Positions 1 to 9,325 of a stretch of DNA of 64,000 nt are shown here, one piece after another. Numbering within the stretch: position 1 is the first letter of the stretch; every line of letters begins with the position of its first letter. A program made the position numbers and the translations under genes. The notes under the pieces are model-generated. The model was given only the letters and a program-made list of their open reading frames with translations. It did no database searches and was not told the DNA's origin. This DNA comes from a virus: positions 8,278 through 72,277 of the IMG/VR virus record IMGVR_UViG_3300035661_000053. One strand, written 5' to 3'.

Positions 1-1498
1 TCACGGCGTCCTCGTAGTAATACTTGTTTATATACGCGGAGTCTTGTCTTATTTTTTGTTTTGGCTTTTTTATTTCCACGTACGCGACCTTCAAGTCTTT
101 ACCATAAACAGCCTGCACGTAGAATTGTTTTGGACTCCCAGCAGGAATTGTGAAAGACATATTTTTCGTGATAATGACATTCGCGGTATAAGTTGTGCCA
201 TGAGGGTCAGCACAAAGACTTTCTATAGCAAGCGTTGTACGCACGCCATTAGCAATATCGACATAGCCATATTCATAAGTGCTATCAGGAAAAGTACTGG
301 CCAAAAGAGTGGTCACCTCGTAGTCGCCTGGTTCCAGAAATTCAGAGACAAGAGCCTGCATACTGGAGAGATCAACATACTCCTTGTTTCTAAATAGCGT
401 TCCCGGTACGAAGTCCGTTATGGGTGCATCCTCATAAAGTAACGTATTCGAGCCACCCGCGAAATCGTAGAGCTTCCAGAAGGTCTTTCTACCATTGTAT
501 TTATTGAAATAACAACCACGAACAACAGTTGAAAGAATATCGGTTCTTTCAGTCGTGTCTGTACCCCCGTTAGCAGTATTGTCATACACGTTTATATCAG
601 TATAATCATACATACGGGGTGTCCATATTTTCGTGTAGTATATGACCCAATCGGTACCCGTGGGAACTCTTGGGAATACTCTTATTTGTTGCCGCATAAC
701 CAATTCATATGCCGCGTTCTCCGTGCCGTAAATAGCGAGAGAGGATTCCCTTGCCTCCAAAACAAGAAGATAAGTACTTGCATCGTCATCAATCTCGGGG
801 TCACCACAATCAGCGGGAGCCTTTATAATATCGCCCGCCCTGAAGTAAGTTATTAAATTCTCGTGGACTTTGAAAGTATTCAGATGATTTACCATGTCCT
901 CCAAATGATCAGAACCTTGCGTGGACCAGTAATAAACAATAGTCTCATAGCTCAAAATGCTCGTACCATCCACATCATCCGTCGCGTATACCGTTATCTT
1001 TTTGTCTGTACTTGAAATAGGGCTCATTTGAATTATAGGATTCGCCTTCAATTCCATGTAGTAGCTATCTCTTAATTCTATCTCCCGGAGCATTGCAATA
1101 CTACTCAGTTTGTCAAGAATATCAAAAGAGACAATATTTATGATTTCCCCGGTGGCATCCTTCATCAGGGGATACGTGATAGTCATAAAGTCAAGCACGC
1201 CATAAAAAATGTTCTTTTGCGTGGGTACATCTTCAAAAAGATACCAAATGGATAGTCTGAACAAGTACCTTTTCTTTTCATTAAAGGGCTTCCGCAAACG
1301 ATCACGAACAATGTCCTCATAACGAAATGTAACATTATAAGTATCAAAAGCAACAACCCCAATATCAGCAGGATTATCACTTTCGACTTTTTTACTAATT
1401 ACACCGTCATTCAAAAGCCACGGTGTCCAGTCAATCCAATTCGCGTCAACGCCGAATTCCATGAACTCTATTTGATACTTGGGTTTTGGTTCACTCAT
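1..1498 (-). CDS. Tail protein downstream of tape measure (distal tail/hub-like), runs off the window edge
   Basis: Not in the ORF track. ATG at 1498 overlaps the TMP stop (ATGA). Reads MSEPKPKYQIEFMEFGVDANWIDWTPWLLNDG... and is open at both ends I translated (the middle was not fully checked). Position right after the TMP. Confidence 0.65.
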   Translation of the reverse strand, partial: MSEPKPKYQIEFMEFGVDANWIDWTPWLLNDGVISKKVESDNPADIGVVAFDTYNVTFRYEDIVRDRLRKPFNEKKRYLFRLSIWYLFEDVPTQKNIFYGVLDFMTITYPLMKDATGEIINIVSFDILDKLSSIAMLREIELRDSYYMELKANPIIQMSPISSTDKKITVYATDDVDGTSILSYETIVYYWSTQGSDHLEDMVNHLNTFKVHENLITYFRAGDIIKAPADCGDPEIDDDASTYLLVLEARESSLAIYGTENAAYELVMRQQIRVFPRVPTGTDWVIYYTKIWTPRMYDYTDINVYDNTANGGTDTTERTDILSTVVRGCYFNKYNGRKTFWKLYDFAGGSNTLLYEDAPITDFVPGTLFRNKEYVDLSSMQALVSEFLEPGDYEVTTLLASTFPDSTYEYGYVDIANGVRTTLAIESLCADPHGTTYTANVIITKNMSFTIPAGSPKQFYVQAVYGKDLKVAYVEIKKPKQKIRQDSAYINKYYYEDAV

Positions 1499-4400
1499 AA
1501 TCCGGCTCCACGTTTCATTTCCTGTATCCCAATACCTGCTATTTCCCCGGCAGTATACTTGTCAATAATAAGTATAGGTCTAACAGGATTCTCGAGATGC
1601 TTCGTTAAATTCTTATTCATGTCTTTCAGTTCACTATGCAGCGCGCTAGTGTTGGCACTAAAATTCATGGCATAGAGATCAGTCTTGATACCACCACCAA
1701 ACAAACCGCCGTTCGCGAAGCCGTCATTAATAGCCTGAAGTAAGGGTAAGTGTTTCTTTGTCTGCTGGGCATTAACAATAAATTCGTTGTCACTAAGCAG
1801 AACAAGGTTTTTATCATCCTTCTCACCACCAACACCCCGGAATAAACCCTTTGGCAAATAGCTTATGCCTTTCCCATTTACATTAAGACCGCCTTCAGCA
1901 AATTTGGGTGGTGTTTGAGAGGCTGCTATTGCCAGTTCCGTGGCACCTGTTGCACCAATGATAATAGACAAAGGAATATTGGGGGGAAGCATCGCTAAAG
2001 CTGACATCACGCCGATCGCGGTATTGGTAACAATTTGTGCCATAGCGAGAGCATGGGAGATTTCCCAGTCCTTTTTCAAAGCAGCATGCTTCCTCTGTTC
2101 CGCTTCTTTATCAAGTTGCTGTTTACGTATTTCAAATTGTTGACGAACCCGCTCCTTTTGATTCTCCGTTGTCGCGAAACGCATCGCGGAGTTTTCCTCG
2201 TTCGTAAGAATTACTTCTTGAGCTTTCTTCCAAGTTTCAACCTCATCAGTAATCTTTTGCTTCTTCCATTCAAAATACGTGTTAAAAGCGGATGTAATTC
2301 TATCCAGAAAATCCTTTGTCGTGTTGAATTTGGAGAGCATACTTTTCTTGTCAACCTTATCCGTTTCCTTATCCTTGTCCTTTGACAAAGCTATAATTTG
2401 CGCGTTACGCGCAGCAGTATTCCTGTCATAAAGATTAGCACGTTTCGTTTCCTCCGGGCTCAAAGGGACACCACTATTGCCTTTTTCGTAGTCTTTTCTC
2501 TTCTTGAGAATATCCGCGATACTCGCCTCTTCTTCTTCTTGCTTTGCTCTTATATCAGCTATTTTTTTGTCATACTGCGCTCTAATAAGAGACTTCTCAG
2601 CCTCTATTTTTTCTGTAGCATTAAACAAATGCTTGTAATCCTGGGAGTCTTCACCCATCGATTCAACGAGTTTAGAAAGCCTATCAATATTTACCTCTGC
2701 TTCTATATCAGCCGCTTTTTGTTCTTCGACCGTGAACAGTTTATTAATTCCCGCCTGGCTGGTATTTTTCAGGTTCTCTAATTCTTTTGCTTTTTGTTCC
2801 GGGGTTGTGGCATAATTAGACAATATCCTTTCCCGGAGTTTTTCTTTCTTATCCTCTAAAGACTCGTACGCTTTCATTATAGAGTCAGCACTCCCTGAAA
2901 GATTTGTTATTTCTGCTTCCAGATCAGAAGTTTTCTTTTGCGTGGCAGCATTTTCTTTCAAGTCCTTCGTGAGCATATCATACAAAACTTCTATTTGTAC
3001 AAAGGAAAAGCCATTCTTCCTACCCTCATCAATGAGTTGTCTTATTCTTGCAGTGTGATCTTCTTTTGCCTCCCGATATTTATTCTGCATCTCGATCATT
3101 GTCTTCTGTTCGGTAGCCTTTTCCTCCGGAGTACCCGCGGAGTAAAAACGAATCTCGGCAGCACTAAGGTCTTCTTTCATGCGATTGACCATGTTATCAT
3201 AAGGAAGCATTTGCAGCTTGAAATTTTCTGCTTCTGCTTGCTTTAGCATTTGATCAATCTCATTGGCCTGTCTAAAACCAAAATCCCTATTTGTATTCGC
3301 GAGCGCACGTGCTTTGAATTTCTTCAGTTCTGCTATTTTTTCGAGAACCTTTTTAGAGTAATCCTGAACACCTTCCTTGAAAGTTTTTTCTATTTCTGTC
3401 TGGGGAGCGGTGAGCCGTTTAATAAGCTGATCGCTATTTCCCAGAGAAGCCATAGAAGCACTCATTTCCATGAGAGTGGAAGCAAGGTGGTTATACTGCT
3501 CAGTCATGATAGAAGCTTGTAGCTTGAATTCTTTCAACTCCTTTGTCAACGGGTCATCGTTGTACTTGTCCTTTGGCACCTTATCCTCGTCATTCGGAAC
3601 AGTTGGCTTCTCTGCTATCTTCACTGAATTTACAAGAGCATTATTCACGGCGATTCTTTTAGACTCAAGCATAGTAACCTGTGCCAAGTCCTTGTTGTAC
3701 CTGTCAATAATATCTTGCACGTAGTCAGTTTTTTCAAAGTCCCCAAGAGAACTGATGTCAACAAAATCTACACCGAAAGCTGATTTAATAGCCTCCTTGT
3801 ACTTGTCCTCGTCAAGCTTACCTTCCTTCGTGCTATACACGCCACCTAGAAATTGCTTAAAGAGCGATATAATTCCTTTGCTGTTCTCATTATCAATCCT
3901 TTTACGAAGGCTTGTAGCGATAGCGGTTATTTGGTTTGTTACCTGCTCTGGGGTTGCATCAACAGGTATAGCATCAATGTTCTTAATAATTTCAGCATTT
4001 ATTTCCTGCTGAGGCTTTATGATATTATCAAGTTTGTGTGACAAGTTGGAGTTACTCTCGAATATACCGTATGAGCGTTTGCTTTCACCAATGGCATCCT
4101 TGTTTGCTTTTGACTTTGCATAAGAACGAACGTCCTCAATAGCAAGATCAATCGCGAGACCCGACATTTGAGTCCGCAAATCGATAGCTGTCTGTTTGAG
4201 TGCTGCCATTCTTTCGTTAATAATGAAAAGCAATCCCGAAGTATTACTTGAAGAGATACCCACGTTATCAATTTGCGCTGCAAGGTCAGGGAAAAGTCTT
4301 TTAAGCACATTCGTTTTTTCAATGAGTGCAGACTTCGCGGTAATAGCAGCGTTATAAGAGTCTGCCAGATCATTTACCTTAACACGCTGATTCGAAATTT

Positions 4401-7155
4401 CATTACTGAGTTTCTTTAAAGCATCCGTGTCCAAAGCTGCTGTGGACAAAGTCTTTGCTGAAAGTTTAGCCCTTTTATCCTCGAGGTCTTCAAGTACTTT
4501 TACCTCGGCATCATAAAGAGCTTTTCTTTCTTTAATAGACTGAATGTATTCTCCATCGACCTTTTGGCCTTTATCCCCGGATAGTGCAGCAGCTTGCCGC
4601 CTGTCACGTTCCATTGTCATAGCAATATCACGAGCGTACTCAAGTTGCTTTACCTGCTTCTCAGTTAATTCTGCTTCTTCCTTGTAGTAGTCTATTCTCT
4701 GTTTTATAGCATCGGCTGTTGAGGCTCGCGCTTTTTCTGCTGACTCCTCAGCCTTCTTATCACTCTCTTCCCAGAAGCTCTTCACAGCACTATACACCGT
4801 GAGAACACCCGTGAGCAGAGCGAGCGGGGAAGAAAGAAACATTGCCTTGAGATCAGCCATAAGAGCCTTACCAAAAGACAGCAACCCGTTAAAAGCAGAC
4901 TGCGCGATAGCAGATAAGGATATTTCTTTTGTCTGCATCATAACAGCCGTGGTAATTTCCTCTTGTTGCGCCTTTATTTTATTCAAAACAAGACTCCGTT
5001 GTTCCTCAACGAACGAGGCTTCAACTTCTTTTGCCGCCTGTTCAGCAACAAGAGACCTTATGCTGCCCTCCCGGTTTGCCCGTTCAGCCAATTGATCGTC
5101 ATACTTCCGAAGATTCTTTGCGCCTTTTTCTGTCATCAATGCAGTGGCCTCCCAGCTAAGCGTTCCACGCTCATTTAATGCCTGCGCCTCAGTCATCATC
5201 TCAATTTCTTCAGCAATCTGTCGCAGTTTTGAAATTCGTAATTCAATACCCGCTGCCTCAGTAGCATTACCTTCTTCTAAAAGAATTTCTCTCTCTGTGT
5301 CTAAAGCAAGAATGTCAACCTCAATAGACTTGACAAATTCTTTCTTTACCGCCTTGCCTATTTCAGCATCAACAATTTGTTCCTGCAATGCAAACTCAGA
5401 CATAAGCGCCGCGTTGCCTCTTATACGTTCAGTAGCCTCCTGCGTGGCAAGTATAAGCTTTTCCTGCATGGCACGAATTTCAGCCTGAGTTGTTCCGACT
5501 TGCTGTTCGCCATCAACTAAAAGTATTTTCTGTCGCTCGACGATCATATTCTGAATAGCCCTTGCTTTTTGGTACAAGGTATTCTTACTTTGTAAAATAG
5601 CAAGGTGTTCCTTGTCAATAAAAAGTTGCTCTTTCATTGTTGTTGGTTTAAGAGTTTCCGCGATATTCTTTTTTATTTGATCGCGAATTTCTGTGGCTTC
5701 TTGTAGTTCTTTTTGAAGTTCTTTTCTCGTCTCTTCATTAGGCTTAAACACGTTTCTTGACAAGAGCCCATTACCACCTATGACATCGTTTTTGAATTGC
5801 GCGTTTGCCACGGCTTTATTCGCGGTAATAAGCAGCTGTCTTTGCCGAATAATCTCATCCACATTATCAGGATTCACACCCGGGATGCCACTATTCATCA
5901 TACCTGCACGAGTTGGTGTTTGACGACCCATGACACCATACATATCTCGTTTTGCCATGCTCTCGATTCTGCTGGACATGTTCGTGGCTTCTTTATTCAA
6001 AATGCCCATAGCTTTAGCATGCTGCATAATTTGAGCAGAGGCAATACCATGCGACTCAGCCCAATTGTCAATTGTATTTTTCATTAGCCTGTTTGACAAA
6101 GCTTTACCCGCGGTGAGCATTAGAAAAGCATTAAGAGAATTCATCATCAAAGAAATAGAATTGTTGACGCCACCAAAAACAGCGGACACCCCTGTGAATA
6201 AAGTTTTAATGGGGCTTAGCATATGGGACACAAAATTGAGGGAAGTCTCAGAGGTGTGCTTTATCGTGTCAGCAATTTCAATAATTTCTTTCTTATGCTG
6301 CTGAACGTAATTGGTCGTCTCGATCAAGAATTTCTTTACTTCAGGCATGTAGGTATCACCAACACCCGCCATAACCTGCTGCATGATGTCCCGAAGGTTC
6401 TGCATGCGTCCCTGGTAGGTTTCCATCTGCTTATCCATCATCCCCGCGAAACCTTTTTTCTCGATTATTCGAGGAAGCGCATCAAGCAAGTCCTCAATAG
6501 AGGCATCAATTTCCCGTCCCCCTTTTTTAGTCTTAACATGTAGCTCATCCATGAAATCTTGGTAAGTCACTAGAAGCGTTCTGAACATTCTGAGGGCAAT
6601 ACCCTTCCTTCCTACCGCTAAAGCCTGAAAAGCAGCCAGAGCCTCCTCCATTGGCTTTCCAGAAGCAGCAGCAAGGTCACCCAGAGACCTCAAGGTATCC
6701 AACGAGTACCTACCAACAGCCTGAAGCTGATTTCCTGCCTCAATAACCTGTGTAACCGAGAAAGGAGTGACCGCAGCGAACTTAACCATTTCCTCAAACC
6801 GTTCCCTCGCGAGTTCAGTGTCCTTGAGCATTACACCAAGAGTTGTCCGGTATTTTTCAAACAGCCCGGAATCATCAAGAGGTGCAGAGATCACGGCCTT
6901 AATTTGTGTTACCATGTACAGGATACGCTCAAAGGCAATAATGTTAAGAGACCAACCCCTGATATTTGTCTTTATCTCATTTATAAATTTGTTTATTTCA
7001 GTGAGATCAGCCTTTGTCTGCGGGGGGACAACCATATCACGAAGGGCTGAAGCAGAAGTTTGTTTGAGTTCTGTTATTCCGGATTTTATTCTCGTGAAGG
7101 CTTGCTCAATATCCTTAATATCAGCAATGAAACGGACTCCATCCTGTACGGGCAT
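1495..7155 (-). CDS. Tail tape measure protein
   Basis: 1886 aa, helical/coiled-coil. N-terminal tape-measure motif (FAAVTPFSVTQVIEAG...SLGDLAAASG), C-terminal PPKFAEGG...LSDNEFIVNA. Follows the tail chaperone gene. Confidence 0.92.
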   Translation of the reverse strand: MPVQDGVRFIADIKDIEQAFTRIKSGITELKQTSASALRDMVVPPQTKADLTEINKFINEIKTNIRGWSLNIIAFERILYMVTQIKAVISAPLDDSGLFEKYRTTLGVMLKDTELARERFEEMVKFAAVTPFSVTQVIEAGNQLQAVGRYSLDTLRSLGDLAAASGKPMEEALAAFQALAVGRKGIALRMFRTLLVTYQDFMDELHVKTKKGGREIDASIEDLLDALPRIIEKKGFAGMMDKQMETYQGRMQNLRDIMQQVMAGVGDTYMPEVKKFLIETTNYVQQHKKEIIEIADTIKHTSETSLNFVSHMLSPIKTLFTGVSAVFGGVNNSISLMMNSLNAFLMLTAGKALSNRLMKNTIDNWAESHGIASAQIMQHAKAMGILNKEATNMSSRIESMAKRDMYGVMGRQTPTRAGMMNSGIPGVNPDNVDEIIRQRQLLITANKAVANAQFKNDVIGGNGLLSRNVFKPNEETRKELQKELQEATEIRDQIKKNIAETLKPTTMKEQLFIDKEHLAILQSKNTLYQKARAIQNMIVERQKILLVDGEQQVGTTQAEIRAMQEKLILATQEATERIRGNAALMSEFALQEQIVDAEIGKAVKKEFVKSIEVDILALDTEREILLEEGNATEAAGIELRISKLRQIAEEIEMMTEAQALNERGTLSWEATALMTEKGAKNLRKYDDQLAERANREGSIRSLVAEQAAKEVEASFVEEQRSLVLNKIKAQQEEITTAVMMQTKEISLSAIAQSAFNGLLSFGKALMADLKAMFLSSPLALLTGVLTVYSAVKSFWEESDKKAEESAEKARASTADAIKQRIDYYKEEAELTEKQVKQLEYARDIAMTMERDRRQAAALSGDKGQKVDGEYIQSIKERKALYDAEVKVLEDLEDKRAKLSAKTLSTAALDTDALKKLSNEISNQRVKVNDLADSYNAAITAKSALIEKTNVLKRLFPDLAAQIDNVGISSSNTSGLLFIINERMAALKQTAIDLRTQMSGLAIDLAIEDVRSYAKSKANKDAIGESKRSYGIFESNSNLSHKLDNIIKPQQEINAEIIKNIDAIPVDATPEQVTNQITAIATSLRKRIDNENSKGIISLFKQFLGGVYSTKEGKLDEDKYKEAIKSAFGVDFVDISSLGDFEKTDYVQDIIDRYNKDLAQVTMLESKRIAVNNALVNSVKIAEKPTVPNDEDKVPKDKYNDDPLTKELKEFKLQASIMTEQYNHLASTLMEMSASMASLGNSDQLIKRLTAPQTEIEKTFKEGVQDYSKKVLEKIAELKKFKARALANTNRDFGFRQANEIDQMLKQAEAENFKLQMLPYDNMVNRMKEDLSAAEIRFYSAGTPEEKATEQKTMIEMQNKYREAKEDHTARIRQLIDEGRKNGFSFVQIEVLYDMLTKDLKENAATQKKTSDLEAEITNLSGSADSIMKAYESLEDKKEKLRERILSNYATTPEQKAKELENLKNTSQAGINKLFTVEEQKAADIEAEVNIDRLSKLVESMGEDSQDYKHLFNATEKIEAEKSLIRAQYDKKIADIRAKQEEEEASIADILKKRKDYEKGNSGVPLSPEETKRANLYDRNTAARNAQIIALSKDKDKETDKVDKKSMLSKFNTTKDFLDRITSAFNTYFEWKKQKITDEVETWKKAQEVILTNEENSAMRFATTENQKERVRQQFEIRKQQLDKEAEQRKHAALKKDWEISHALAMAQIVTNTAIGVMSALAMLPPNIPLSIIIGATGATELAIAASQTPPKFAEGGLNVNGKGISYLPKGLFRGVGGEKDDKNLVLLSDNEFIVNAQQTKKHLPLLQAINDGFANGGLFGGGIKTDLYAMNFSANTSALHSELKDMNKNLTKHLENPVRPILIIDKYTAGEIAGIGIQEMKRGAGL

Positions 7156-7177
7156 TTCTTATGATCTTTCTATAAAT

Positions 7178-7207
7178 AAAAAAAGGGTTATCCTAAGATA
7201 ACCCTTT
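7178..7207 (-). terminator. Intrinsic terminator between chaperone extension and TMP
   Basis: 11-bp inverted repeat AAAGGGTTATC-TTAG-GATAACCCTTT running into a T tract on the minus strand. Confidence 0.7.
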
Positions 7208-7225
7208 GGTGCAACTGAATGCAAA

Positions 7226-7531
7226 CTAGCTTTTGTACATGTGTATCGAATCATATATCTCGTTGAGCCTTTCGACCTTCTTCAGATATAGGGTGTAGAA
7301 GACTTCGCCTACTTTGCTTTTACGTATTGCCTGATACTTTGTCACATCACCATCTGATAGTTGGTATAGTAGTTGTCTCGTTGCATTTGCCGCTATTTTT
7401 GGTTCGTATACTTCTGGGAGGTCACCCTTCTTTTTTAGCTTTAGCTGACCACTCGCTAATTTTATTCGTTCATCAACTTCTTGAAGGAGTTGATTAAAGT
7501 TGTTATCAAATCCTTCCTTCCAGATAAAAAA
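7226..7531 (-). CDS. -1 frameshift extension of the tail assembly chaperone (gpT-like)
   Basis: Slippery T TTT TTA at 7531-7525 in the chaperone frame. The -1 frame stays open about 100 codons (FIWKEGFDNN...LYQLSDGDVTKYQAIRKSKVGEVFYTLYLKK...) to TAG at 7226 and has no upstream start codon of its own. Confidence 0.75.
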   Translation of the reverse strand, partial: FFIWKEGFDNNFNQLLQEVDERIKLASGQLKLKKKGDLPEVYEPKIAANATRQLLYQLSDGDVTKYQAIRKSKVGEVFYTLYLKKVERLNEIYDSIHMYKS

Positions 7532-7851
7532 TCCTGTAGCACGCTTGCTATCGACTTGTCGCCGACCTTCTTGAAATCGTTTTTGCGTAAGTCAGCAAAT
7601 TCAGGCTCCCACTCCTCGCACACGTCATTTTCATCCACGCGTACCAAAAGAATAGCAAGAGCCTGACCTATGACGCCTTGCTGCATGAATTTCATAAAGA
7701 GTGCGGTGATTATTTGCCACGCGTCCGTTATGTCCCCTGAATCCAAAGACAGATCAAGTTTTGTTAGCATTTCGCTGATAGCCGTATATTGCTCCAGAGA
7801 TATTTCTTCGGGCAGAACGTAAGTGAAATCTTTTGTTTTAATTTTTTGCAT
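7462..7851 (-). CDS. Tail assembly chaperone (gpG-like)
   Basis: 129 aa between the tube-like genes and the TMP, with a slippery site near the 3' end. Confidence 0.75.
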   Translation of the reverse strand: MQKIKTKDFTYVLPEEISLEQYTAISEMLTKLDLSLDSGDITDAWQIITALFMKFMQQGVIGQALAILLVRVDENDVCEEWEPEFADLRKNDFKKVGDKSIASVLQDFLSGRKDLITTLINSFKKLMNE

Positions 7852-7886
7852 TGAAAATTGCTCCTAAATAAATGTTGAAATAATTA

Positions 7887-9041
7887 TTATAAGTACTTGT
7901 TAAAGTTAACGCCGTTTACTGGATACGTTGTGTAATCGGGGTCATATTCACCTGTTAGAGTGAATGATGCTTCCCGCTTGTCATCATCAATCGTGACCTC
8001 GCCAATTTTGGTAATACCGTCCCGGCTGAAGATCAGGTTCTTTGTTCCTGCCGCGGAAGGATCGAGATCAATGATAATATCCGAGCTAAATGTCTCATGC
8101 TTCAGGATATTCTGGATACCCATATAGTCCGCACCAGAGCATGTTGCTTTCATTTCAACAGTTATAGCATTCATGAGTGAAGTATTGAAGCCATTTTTGC
8201 TGGATTTTGATTTCACGGTGCACGAGAAATCCGTGATAAGAGCATCATCAAAATACGCGACGCATGACTGTGGAATGTAAGAGGGGTTTATGAACCCGGC
8301 TGATACCTTGCTGTCGTCAATCGAGGGTATTTTGTTTGCTGAATAACCAATTTGCCGAACACCAGAACCTTTAACAAGTTCAAGACCTGCCTCATAACGC
8401 ATAGCCCCTTCAAGCGTTAATTTCAGTACACGCTCCTTGAGGCTAAATGTTAGATCAAAATCAATACCGAGATAACGGTCATAAATGTACGCCGCATCAC
8501 CTGACATTTGGGAAGGTGCAGTATCAACAACGAAAGTGTCCCCACCAACAGTTACACTAATAATATGTCTCCATTGCCCATTCAGAGAAACGGGAGAACC
8601 AATAGCATCCCTTGTGAGGCCATGATTGATGTCCGTGGTTACCGTGACTCCCGAAGAAGTCCACGCGCCTAAGTTTTTATTTGCATCCTGTCTGAATACA
8701 AACAGACCTCCATCAGGAGCCGTGACAATCGCCGGGGCACCAGACTTCTGGATACCAGAGGACAGAATGGCAACATCACAGCCACCATTTCTGGAAAAAG
8801 CGATGATGTCTTGCAGCAAAGTTAAATCCATGATCTGCATGGTATTAACTTCTGCTTTGAAATTTAACATGTTAGGAAATTTCTTTCCTGTTCTGTCTTG
8901 TGTTTCATTGATATGGGTTATTACAAGAGAACCATTTTGTCTTGTGCCCATTCCATGTACAGTTGAAGCAGTGAGGTCTGAAAACCCCGTGCCCCTCGGA
9001 GCAATGAAAGCCTCCTTGATACCCGCGGAAATAAAGCTCAT
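7887..9041 (-). CDS. Major tail/tube-like protein, paralog 2
   Basis: Beta-rich, directly upstream of the chaperone. Clear paralog of 9326..10930 (AGIKEAF/AGIKECF, GTRQ, TMQI, DDKREA). Confidence 0.65.
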   Translation of the reverse strand: MSFISAGIKEAFIAPRGTGFSDLTASTVHGMGTRQNGSLVITHINETQDRTGKKFPNMLNFKAEVNTMQIMDLTLLQDIIAFSRNGGCDVAILSSGIQKSGAPAIVTAPDGGLFVFRQDANKNLGAWTSSGVTVTTDINHGLTRDAIGSPVSLNGQWRHIISVTVGGDTFVVDTAPSQMSGDAAYIYDRYLGIDFDLTFSLKERVLKLTLEGAMRYEAGLELVKGSGVRQIGYSANKIPSIDDSKVSAGFINPSYIPQSCVAYFDDALITDFSCTVKSKSSKNGFNTSLMNAITVEMKATCSGADYMGIQNILKHETFSSDIIIDLDPSAAGTKNLIFSRDGITKIGEVTIDDDKREASFTLTGEYDPDYTTYPVNGVNFNKYL

Positions 9042-9067
9042 ATTCTTTTCCTTTTTAAGTTATTATT

Positions 9068-9313
9068 TTATAAAGTCGCACCAAAAGTAATCACGTCACC
9101 AGTAACAGAAATAAGATCAGGGTCGAATTTACCCGGGAGTATTACAGGAGCCTTTCTCTTATAATCATCAATGGTCGCGTCTCCTAATTTTGCCAGACAC
9201 TTCTTATCGAAAATTAGGGTAACACCTTCGCCTAAGTCAACAATTAAATTAGCAGAAAGTCCTTCATATTTGCAGAATCGCAAGGGTACTGCTTTTACGA
9301 GTACTCCGCCCAT
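9068..9313 (-). pseudogene. Fragment of a third tube-like paralog (C-terminal part only)
   Basis: LAKLGDATIDDYKRKAPVILPGKFDPD matches the C-termini of both neighbours (ITKIGEVTIDDDKREASFTLTGEYDPD; LTQLGNIEVNDDKREATITLGGTFDVD). Confidence 0.55.
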
Positions 9314-9325
9314 AACTTTTTACTT

